Source: Armatimonadota bacterium (GTDB taxonomy: Bacteria; Armatimonadota; Fimbriimonadia; Fimbriimonadales; GBS-DC). Taken from it: DNA of 64,000 nt. Below the pieces are notes generated by a model that saw nothing but the letters and a program-made list of their open reading frames with translations, was not told the DNA's origin and made no database searches. The stretch lies in assembly GCA_013359125.1 (NCBI GenBank), contig JABWCR010000004.1, forward strand, positions 84,607 through 148,606, read 5' to 3'. The position numbers were made by a program, and so were the translations under genes. Position 1 is the stretch's first letter. Each line of letters begins with the position of its first letter. Positions 40,501 through 47,287 of the stretch are shown here, piece by piece.

Positions 40501-41048
40501 AGGAGATGGGGATCAGCGACGGCGATTATGTTTATGTCGATGCCAACCCGATGGATAGGCCGTACCGAGGCTGGAAGCCGACCGATCCGCAATATCGAGT
40601 GGCCAGGCTGATGGTGCGGGCCCGATACAACCCGGCCTTCCCAAAACAGGTCGTGATGATCCGGCACAGCCCTTCGATCGCGACCGAGCGGAGCGTGAAA
40701 GCGCACGAAACTCGGCCTGACGGTCGCGCTCAGTCCGTCGATACGGGCTATCAGTCGAATGTGCGCTACGGCGGCCATCAGGCGCTGACCAGAAACTGGC
40801 ACATGCCGATGCACCAGACCGACACCTTGTTCCACAAGTCCAAGGCCATGGTTGCGTTTATCTTCGGCGGAGAGGCCGACAACCATGCGATCAACACGGT
40901 GCCCAAGGAGACGCTGGTCAAGATTACCAAGGCCGAGGACGGCGGACTGGGCGGCAAAGGCGTATGGAAACCGGCCACAACCGGCTTCTCGCCTGGGCGC
41001 GAGAGCGAGTTTATGCAGAGATACCTGGCCGGCGAGTTGGTCGAGTAG
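37590..41048 (+). CDS. Tat-exported molybdopterin (Mo-bisPGD) oxidoreductase alpha subunit, type II DMSO reductase family (NarG/NxrA/EbdA-like)
   Basis: The ATG at 37590 follows GGAGAA. Tat signal MKFSRRQFLKTAGLTSGALLLA. FS0-like motif C69-x3-D-x3-C77...C117. WHGDQAPGMP carries an Asp at the NarG Mo-ligand position. Also KPEYSPTSQKADYWIPIRPNTDAAL. The protein is 1152 aa. Confidence 0.85.
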   Translation: MKFSRRQFLKTAGLTSGALLLADSTLGGGLRTLQPAVNVQNPLKHYPDRGWEQVLRDQYRYDRAFTFVCAPNDTHNCRLRALVRDDVIVRIEQNYDAGHIEALDGTATTAAWNPRGCLKGFTFHRRVYSPYRLKYPMIRKGWKEWADAGFPELTPELKKKYKFDSRGSDQLLRAGWQEASDYVARAMVAISTRYSGEEGAARLKQQGYEPEMIEDMGGAGTRTMKFRGGMGLLGVIGKYGMWRAANMVALLDSHVRKVSPEQAKGGRKWSNYTWHGDQAPGMPFVHGLQASDVDMNQLRFARLSIACGTNIIENKMPEAHFFTELMERGGRLVVIKPEYSPTSQKADYWIPIRPNTDAALFLGITRLMMDNGWYDEAFVKGFTDFPLLVRADNLKLLRASELFSDHKPLLASDGMSMKRQNLKPDQYEKLGDFVVRSADGFKAISRDDVGGTMAGRGIDPTLDWQGKARLANGQEIECLTLWTAYKRHLEDYGLDAVAQMTSSPKELIERLAKEIWDVTLEVREQDPTAGAVAIHIGEGINHWFHATLANRAFYLPLMLTGNIGKVGSGCHTWAGNYKGGLFQGSPWTGPGFPGFIAEDPFNLSLDPASHGKDVKVRKLFKDEEPAYWNHGDRPLIVNTPKHGRKVFTGKTHMPTPTKFLWFNNVNLFNNAKHAYDMFFNVNPNIECIVCQDVEMNSTVEYSDVVFAANTWVEFEDYEMTASCSNPFLQIWNGGIRPIYDTKDDLTIIRGVFESLAKLTGDRRFADAYKFKAPVYIQRLLDSSTTTFGYTFADIMAGKYGEPGVCLMMFRTYPREPFYEQVFENEPFHTATGRLQAYCDIPEAIEAGENFIVHREGPEATPYLPNVIVSTNPYVRPDDYGISAEAMHWDERTVRNIKMPWSQVKETTNPLWEKGYRFYGLTPKGRHRVHSGWSMVDWNQIWESNFGDAYRLDRRSPGVGETQMHIHPDAAKEMGISDGDYVYVDANPMDRPYRGWKPTDPQYRVARLMVRARYNPAFPKQVVMIRHSPSIATERSVKAHETRPDGRAQSVDTGYQSNVRYGGHQALTRNWHMPMHQTDTLFHKSKAMVAFIFGGEADNHAINTVPKETLVKITKAEDGGLGGKGVWKPATTGFSPGRESEFMQRYLAGELVE

Positions 41049-41063
41049 ACCGAGGAGCGAATC

Positions 41064-41339
41064 ATGATAAAGCCGTTTGAAGACGACGATCCGATGGAGT
41101 TGAAGGGCGTCGAGGTCGATGCTGAAGAAGAGTGCATGACCGAGATGACGAGGGCGTTTATGGATGAGTTCGTTCGCACAGGATACTCGGACGATGAGAT
41201 TCTGCGGATGTTCCGATTACCCATCTATCATGGGCCTCACATGGTTCATCGAGCCAAGGGACCCGGCTATGTGAAGGAAATGCTGAACGAGGCGAGAGAT
41301 CGCTGGCAACCGCTATCGTACGAAGGAGATCGATCATGA
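41064..41339 (+). CDS. small acidic hypothetical protein between the alpha and beta subunits
   Basis: 91-aa ORF. It starts 13 nt after the alpha stop and its stop overlaps the beta start (ATGA). No signal peptide. The N-terminus is acidic (DDDPMELKGVEVDAEEEC). Confidence 0.45.
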   Translation: MIKPFEDDDPMELKGVEVDAEEECMTEMTRAFMDEFVRTGYSDDEILRMFRLPIYHGPHMVHRAKGPGYVKEMLNEARDRWQPLSYEGDRS

Positions 41340-42610
41340 CACAGGTGCATAATTGGCAGCTTGGACGCGAGATGTCGTATCCGTTTGAGGAGGCTCACCC
41401 CGATCGACAATTGGCCGCTGTATTTAATCTCAATCGTTGTATCGGGTGTCAGACCTGCACGATGGCCTGTAAGAGCACATGGACGTTTAGCAAAGGCCAG
41501 GAGCAGATGTGGTGGAACAACGTGGAGACCAAGCCATACGGCGGCTATCCGCAATTTTGGGACGTGAAAATTCTGAAGCTTCTTGAGGAAGAGCACGAGA
41601 AGCAGGGCGGCCAGATGGCATGGTCCGAAGACGAGGGCGGGCCGTACGGCAAGTACGAAGGGATGACGATCTTCGAAGCAGCGGACAAGCGGTATGGGCC
41701 GGAAGGACCCCAGCGCGCGCTTGGCTACCTGCCCGCCGATCACGAATGGACGGCGCCCAACATCTACGAAGACACCACTCCGAACTACGAAGGCGGCGAG
41801 TTAGGAATCAGCAAGGAGGGTTCGTCTCTTCCCGAACACAAAGCCTGGTTCTTCTATCTGGCTCGCACCTGCAATCACTGCACCTATCCGGCGTGCGTAG
41901 CGGCGTGCCCTCGCAAGGCGATCTACAAGCGCAAGGAAGACGGCATCGTGCTGATCGACCAAGATCGATGCCGCGGCTATCGAAAGTGCGTCGAAGCGTG
42001 CCCTTACAAGAAGTCGTACTACCGACCCAATACCCGAACGTCGGAAAAGTGCGTAGGATGCGTGCCATTGACCGAAGGCGCCGACCCGATCGGCGAGGGT
42101 CACCCGGTCGAATCGCGCTGCATGACGGCGTGCGTGGGAAAGATACGGCTTCAAAGCCTGGTCAAAATCAACCAAGAGACCGGCGACTGGGCCGATGACC
42201 CCGAACATCCGCTTTACTTCTTGGTCAAAAAAGAGAAGATCGCCTTGCCGCTCTACCCGCAGTTTGGGCTGGAGCCCAATCTCTACTACATTCCGCCACG
42301 ATGGGCGCCGAGGCCTTACCTGCGCCAAATGTTCGGCCCTGGGGTGGACGACGCTATTGCCAAGTACACCGCGCCTTCGCGCGAACTTTTGGCAGTGCTC
42401 CAACTCTTCCGCGCGCATCGCTTGATGATCTTCAAATACGGAATCAAAAAGGGCGAGAAGCTTTATGAGACCAAGATGCCGGATGGTCGAACGGTCGAAG
42501 TGTTTAACGACACCGTGATCGGCTATGGCCAGGACGGGCGCAAGATCGTCGAAACGCCGGTGGTCGAGCCGATCCACAAGCGGACGCCCGATCGCCTAAA
42601 CACAATTTAG
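41336..42610 (+). CDS. iron-sulfur beta subunit (NarH/NxrB/EbdB-like, 4 FeS clusters)
   Basis: CIGCQTCTMACK, CNHCTYPACVAACP, CRGYRKCVEACPY and CVGCVP...CMTACVGK ferredoxin-type motifs. A long insertion follows the first cluster, typical of the NarH family. Confidence 0.9.
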   Translation: MTQVHNWQLGREMSYPFEEAHPDRQLAAVFNLNRCIGCQTCTMACKSTWTFSKGQEQMWWNNVETKPYGGYPQFWDVKILKLLEEEHEKQGGQMAWSEDEGGPYGKYEGMTIFEAADKRYGPEGPQRALGYLPADHEWTAPNIYEDTTPNYEGGELGISKEGSSLPEHKAWFFYLARTCNHCTYPACVAACPRKAIYKRKEDGIVLIDQDRCRGYRKCVEACPYKKSYYRPNTRTSEKCVGCVPLTEGADPIGEGHPVESRCMTACVGKIRLQSLVKINQETGDWADDPEHPLYFLVKKEKIALPLYPQFGLEPNLYYIPPRWAPRPYLRQMFGPGVDDAIAKYTAPSRELLAVLQLFRAHRLMIFKYGIKKGEKLYETKMPDGRTVEVFNDTVIGYGQDGRKIVETPVVEPIHKRTPDRLNTI

Positions 42611-42620
42611 GAGGCTGAAT

Positions 42621-43346
42621 ATGACTTCAAACGCGCAGTTGGTCGACGAGGCGCTAGGGCTGGCCGTTCTGTATCGCCTGTTGGCGTCGATGGCGCTTTA
42701 TCCGGAACCTGCCAGCGTCGCTCGGTTGCGAGATGCCGATACCAAGTTGATGGTTTCCGAGGCGCTGAAAGCGATAGAGGCGGACGAACGGCTTGAACTG
42801 GAGATCTCGCGGATGTTGACAACTGCCGCGGGAATCTCGCCGATGCAGTGGCAAAGCGAGTACATATCGGTCTTCGGTCATGCAGCCAGCAAGGACTGCT
42901 CTCCCTATGCCAGCGACTACGGAGTTGGCAGCGTGTTTCAACAGGCGCAGAAGTTGGCCGATCTTAGCGCCTTTTATTCAGCGTTTGGGCTACAGACGCA
43001 ACGCGAAGAACGAGCGGACCATATCGCGGTCGAATTAGAGTTCATGGGCTATCTCTGCCATCGCAAGGCGGTCTGCATCGCAGAAACGAAATCGGACGAA
43101 GATGCCGCGCAACTGGAAGCGGCGAGAGAAGCGTTCTTGCGTCAATTCTTGGCGCCGTGGGCTTTCAGCTTTTGCGGCCTGGTGGCAAAGACGGCCGAAG
43201 CGGTCGAAAGCCAATTGTTCTTGAGTTGGAGCGGGGCTGTGGAGAGTTTGCTGGCTATGGATCGCGACCGATTGGGGATAAACGCTACCGAATCGGTCGT
43301 AAATCTACAGCCCTTGCCCCCTTGGCAACCGTGCTCTACCGATTAG
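42621..43346 (+). CDS. TorD/NarJ/DmsD-family redox-enzyme maturation chaperone (delta subunit)
   Basis: LAVLYRLLASMALYPEP...EYISVFGH...SPYASDY...ADHIAVELEFMGYL is a TorD-like helical signature. The position after the beta subunit fits. Confidence 0.7.
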   Translation: MTSNAQLVDEALGLAVLYRLLASMALYPEPASVARLRDADTKLMVSEALKAIEADERLELEISRMLTTAAGISPMQWQSEYISVFGHAASKDCSPYASDYGVGSVFQQAQKLADLSAFYSAFGLQTQREERADHIAVELEFMGYLCHRKAVCIAETKSDEDAAQLEAAREAFLRQFLAPWAFSFCGLVAKTAEAVESQLFLSWSGAVESLLAMDRDRLGINATESVVNLQPLPPWQPCSTD

Positions 43347-43470
43347 TCTAGCGGCCCGATCAGACGAAACTTTCCGACATCAGCCTTCCTCTGTTGCTAC
43401 ATCCGGCGAAATGGCTGCATACTATTCTTCGGTCAAGCGACCAAATAGAAAATCACTGGAGGCTGTAGAG

Positions 43471-44571
43471 ATGAGCAGAAAATTTGGAGTGGTAATGAAG
43501 CTGATGGTGGCGGGGGCTTTGGCCGTTGCCGCGCTGTCCTCGTTCGCGCAGGGCGATATCCGCTGTTGCACCTATAGCGTCAGGCACAACTTTAGGATCT
43601 GTCTGCCGCAGTGCCCAGTCGTCGGGGTGGAGTGGAACTGGCACGCGCAGGCATCGGCCTGGAATCCGTTAACGACCAATATCAACAGCGGCACAGCCAT
43701 ATATCCCGTGCCCAGCATGGACACGAAGTGCGCTACCGCGTTCACAGCGCAGGATTGTTCGTTCGCAACCGCCTGCGCGGCTTTCCAAGTTGATCCGATC
43801 CCCGGCACCCCCTGCATTAAGGGCTACCATCAGGCTTATGGTCGCGCTTGTGTCCGTTGCCGTCAGTTTGGCGCGGCTGCCAATTCGGCGTCGCACATCA
43901 AGATCCTTTGCGGCGCTCCCAATGCGACCGGAGCGATCTCGTGGCAGCCTGTGCTTGAAGATCGCGTGGGCGGCGGATGCGAGGTTGTGAATCACGACCC
44001 GATTTACATGAAGTACGAAGGCATCGATGGATATTTGGAAGACCGGCTTTTCGATTTGCGCGCAAGCGGGTTTAGCTGGGAAACCCAGGATTTGGACGGA
44101 GACGGTTGGGGCGATGTGGCCAATCTCGTCCCGACGCGAGGCTCTGGGATCATTAACGTCTTTGTGGGCGGCCAGACGATGACAGGGCACCACGGCCAAC
44201 TGCAGTTGGCTTATGAAGACGGCATGGTTACTAGCCTTGTGAAGACCGGGCTGTTCGAACCGTTGCCGATTCCTGGCGTAGGCCATCCCATTCCCGACGC
44301 GATCGAGGTACCGGCTTCGTTCGAGCTGCCGTTCGAGACTCCGCGAGGCATGCGCCTTCAGAGTATCGAGATCGGAGGGGACGGCAGAGGCGGCTGGTCC
44401 CCAGTAACGGGCGACGTCAATGGCGACGGCTGCGTGGACGACATCGACCTGGCGCGAGTTCTCCGGATGTTCGGTCAGAGCGGCGAACTGGCAGAAGACG
44501 TGAACGACGACGGCACAGTCGATGACGCGGACCTGGCCATCGTTCTCGAGAACTTTGGCATGGGTTGCTAA
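43471..44571 (+). CDS. secreted Cys-rich protein with a C-terminal GC-terminated dockerin-like module
   Basis: The ATG at 43471 follows GGAGG. Signal peptide ...ALAVAALSSFAQG. About 15 Cys in the first 160 aa. The C-terminus is GDVNGDGCVDDIDLARVLRMFGQSGELAEDVNDDGTVDDADLAIVLENFGMGC-stop. Confidence 0.7.
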   Translation: MSRKFGVVMKLMVAGALAVAALSSFAQGDIRCCTYSVRHNFRICLPQCPVVGVEWNWHAQASAWNPLTTNINSGTAIYPVPSMDTKCATAFTAQDCSFATACAAFQVDPIPGTPCIKGYHQAYGRACVRCRQFGAAANSASHIKILCGAPNATGAISWQPVLEDRVGGGCEVVNHDPIYMKYEGIDGYLEDRLFDLRASGFSWETQDLDGDGWGDVANLVPTRGSGIINVFVGGQTMTGHHGQLQLAYEDGMVTSLVKTGLFEPLPIPGVGHPIPDAIEVPASFELPFETPRGMRLQSIEIGGDGRGGWSPVTGDVNGDGCVDDIDLARVLRMFGQSGELAEDVNDDGTVDDADLAIVLENFGMGC

Positions 44572-44580
44572 TTAGGTAGC

Positions 44581-44624
44581 AAAAGCGCCCCGACCGAATG
44601 ACCGGTCGGGGCGCTTTTTTTTTT
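44581..44624. terminator. strong bidirectional rho-independent terminator between convergent genes
   Basis: GCGCCCCGACCG (44585-44596) pairs with CGGTCGGGGCGC (44603-44614). AAAA lies upstream and T10 downstream. Confidence 0.85.
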
Positions 44625-44636
44625 GCAATCGCTGAT

Positions 44637-45572
44637 CTACTTTCGTCGCTTGCGGAGCAAGGCAAGACCGCCCAACGCAAGCACAGCCATCGAAGAAGGC
44701 TCTGGCACGACGGTTACGTTGTCGATAAGCCCAAAGAGCAAGTGCCGAGCGTTCGGATCGGTCGACGAAGTGGCATTGATGTCGAACTGGCCGAAGAAGA
44801 TGTTGTCGCCGCCAAAGGAAGGATTGGTTACGGTGGCGATCAGTAGTCCGTCTATCTGCCAGGTAACCGTGTTTCCCAGCTTCTCGATTCTCCATCGGTG
44901 CCAGGCCATGCCGAACGTCCCGACCGCGGTGTTACCGGTCTGCTGTGGAAAGAGCGTCAGTTGGGCAGCTGGGGCAGGCACATTCCCAAATCCAGCGTAA
45001 TAAGCATGAGTGTTGTTAACCGCGGCCGCGGTGTTGCCGGCTGCATAGACGCCAGTAGCCGGAGCGATCGGGGCGCCCGGGCCATTGTAGGCTCTCACAT
45101 CGGTGGCCGAACCGCCATCGCCTGTGCCGCCAAATCCGAGGCCTGTATAGGTCGAACCAGGAAACTGCACCTGGTTGGTCGGAGCGCCAATTCCGGCCTG
45201 CGTAACCTGAGTGGAACCGCTGCCGCCGCCGGGGAACGGGCCGTTAAAGTTCTGCCAGCAATCAAAGGTCAGGACGTAATCGCCGGTGAAGCTTTCGCCG
45301 AGCGGCGATACGCTCATGCCGCTGAAGAGGCCGGTGCCTGGCGTGTTGGCCTCCATCTTCAAACCGCGAGTGCCCGTTCCGCTCGGCGCCTGCGGAATGC
45401 CAACGGTCGAGTAATCGAAGAAGAAGTTGGCAAAGCTGCCGGTGTGCGATTGGTTGAACTGCCAATTGGCCGTCGTGTCGGTCTCAAAGTCGTTGGAGTA
45501 AAGCTGAGCGGATGCGCTCGTGATCAGCAAGACGGTTGCCGCGCCTGCCGCCAAAATGTGAGCGGTTTTCAT
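44637..45572 (-). CDS. secreted PEP-CTERM-anchored protein (ConA/LamG-like beta-sandwich guess)
   Basis: Signal peptide MKTAHILAAGAATVLLITSASAQ. The C-terminus is VVPEPSSMAVLALGGLALLRKRRK. Confidence 0.8.
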   Translation of the reverse strand: MKTAHILAAGAATVLLITSASAQLYSNDFETDTTANWQFNQSHTGSFANFFFDYSTVGIPQAPSGTGTRGLKMEANTPGTGLFSGMSVSPLGESFTGDYVLTFDCWQNFNGPFPGGGSGSTQVTQAGIGAPTNQVQFPGSTYTGLGFGGTGDGGSATDVRAYNGPGAPIAPATGVYAAGNTAAAVNNTHAYYAGFGNVPAPAAQLTLFPQQTGNTAVGTFGMAWHRWRIEKLGNTVTWQIDGLLIATVTNPSFGGDNIFFGQFDINATSSTDPNARHLLFGLIDNVTVVPEPSSMAVLALGGLALLRKRRK

Positions 45573-45778
45573 TGGATCTCCTTTCGTCGTAAGATTTGAT
45601 TCAAATCTCGAAGCGTGTTCCTAAATCATACATTACCATCGAATGCTTCCGGCCTGGCAATATTGCTTGATTCGATACCGACCAAATGCTGGCCAACTTT
45701 AACGCTCAGCGTCGAAGCGGGCCCATAGGGCCAAAAAATGTGTTAAACTGTTGCATATCTGTGGGAGGAGGTATCTCG

Positions 45779-47212
45779 ATGTTTACAAGAGTGTCGGTGG
45801 TGGCGATCGTCGGTCTAGTCATCAGCCTTGCAAGCGCGCAGAACAGCACGTTCAACTTTCAGGCTAATCTACAGAAGTTTGGGCTCCCTGCTAATGGATC
45901 GTTCGAGATGGCGTTCCATGTCTACAGCGTTGCCACAGGCGGTGTCGCGCTACAGAGCTTTCCAACGACGGGGACCCTCTCGATCAATGTTACCAACGGA
46001 CGGCTGGATGTGGAGCTTACCTACTCGACGGCCGTATTTAGCGGCCCAGATCGATTCTTAGAGATCGTAGTCGACGGAACGGTATTGTCGCCGCGAGTGA
46101 AGCTTAATCCAACGCCTTACTCGATCTTCAGTCAGAACACGAGGGGCGTTGTTGTCGATGCCAGCAATCGCGTGGGCATAGGCCAAACGGCGCCCGCCAA
46201 TCGATTGCATTTGGGCGGTGGCAGCGATGCGTCTCTTACAGGCGGCGGATTCTTACAGATCGGCAACACGGGACTCACTAACGTCGTCTTCGACGATAAC
46301 GAGATCATGGGGCGCAACAACGGCGCGGCCGGATTTCTGCATCTCAACAACGACGGCGGCACCTTGGTCTTGACAGGCGGAAGCGCAGGCTTTGTAGGCG
46401 TCGGTACGCCGAACCCTCAAGCCAAGTTGCACGTAAAAAGCAATGCGGACGTCTTGAACTTGGAAGGCAGCGACCATTGTTACATCCAGTTCTATCCCGA
46501 TAGCTTTGGCGCAGGTCGAAAGGGGTGGCTCGGATATCCGACCGCCACGAGCAATGTACTAACCTTGGCAAACGAAATCGGTGGTACGAGCGTAGCCCTT
46601 GCGTCGAACGGCGGCGTCGGCATCTTTACCAGCACGCCGAACCGGCGGCTGACCGTATGGGACACCTTGAGCGTCGAGGCAAGCCCAGGGTTCATTCCGT
46701 TCGTAGGCGTCGTCCGACCGGGAAACGTGGCCTACGAAGCCTTCATGTACGTCGATACCAATGGCGAGGGCGTCGTCGCTGCCGATCGCAAGAGCTTCCG
46801 AGAGATCAATCCAGACGATCCTGAAACCGACATCTGGTACGTCTCGATAGAAGGCCCCGAAGCCGCTATGTATGTGCGTGGGACGGCCTGTTTGGTGAAC
46901 GGTCGCGCGGTCATCGACTTGCCGCAACACTTTCGATCGTTAGCGTCCGAAAATGGGATGACCGTGCAATTGACTCCGCTCTCGATGGACTCTAAAGGCT
47001 TGGCCGTCGTTCAAAAGAGCCTCAATGGAGTTGTCGTAGGCGAACTCGGCAACGGTCAAGGCAACTATGACTTTGACTGGGAAGTAAAGGCCGTGCGCCG
47101 GAAGCACGAGAACTACGAACCAGTCAAACGATGGGACGAGTATATGCCTGCCGACGCTAAGCGCGAAATCGAGTGGGAGGAGAGACTAAGGAAAGTCAAG
47201 AATAGGCAATAA
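45779..47212 (+). CDS. secreted tail-fibre-like repeat protein (paralog 1)
   Basis: The ATG at 45779 follows GGGAGGAGG. Signal peptide present. Recurrent (V)GIG(T)xxPxxxLxV motifs (VGIGQTAPANRLHLGG, VGVGTPNPQAKLHVKS, VGIFTSTPNRRLTVWD). The conserved C-terminal block is TDIWYVSIEGPEAAMYVRG...LPQHF. Confidence 0.6.
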   Translation: MFTRVSVVAIVGLVISLASAQNSTFNFQANLQKFGLPANGSFEMAFHVYSVATGGVALQSFPTTGTLSINVTNGRLDVELTYSTAVFSGPDRFLEIVVDGTVLSPRVKLNPTPYSIFSQNTRGVVVDASNRVGIGQTAPANRLHLGGGSDASLTGGGFLQIGNTGLTNVVFDDNEIMGRNNGAAGFLHLNNDGGTLVLTGGSAGFVGVGTPNPQAKLHVKSNADVLNLEGSDHCYIQFYPDSFGAGRKGWLGYPTATSNVLTLANEIGGTSVALASNGGVGIFTSTPNRRLTVWDTLSVEASPGFIPFVGVVRPGNVAYEAFMYVDTNGEGVVAADRKSFREINPDDPETDIWYVSIEGPEAAMYVRGTACLVNGRAVIDLPQHFRSLASENGMTVQLTPLSMDSKGLAVVQKSLNGVVVGELGNGQGNYDFDWEVKAVRRKHENYEPVKRWDEYMPADAKREIEWEERLRKVKNRQ

Positions 47213-47287
47213 GAGACAAGGGCTCTGTGGCTAAAAGCAGGCTATACTCTGGATAGCTCTTAAGGGCTATACAGGAGGTTTATCGCT

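Noticed and set aside
39822-40886. 354-aa minus-strand ORF inside the molybdoenzyme alpha-subunit gene. Similar long antisense ORFs were seen at 5096..5965, 11590..12528, 15351..15941, 19426..20220, 22337..23080, 41801..42577, 43669..44286, 52230..53888 and 58154..58987.
   Set aside because: All are embedded opposite genes with strong family motifs. All have His/Arg/Gly/Val-rich low-information sequence. None has a plausible RBS or its own intergenic space.
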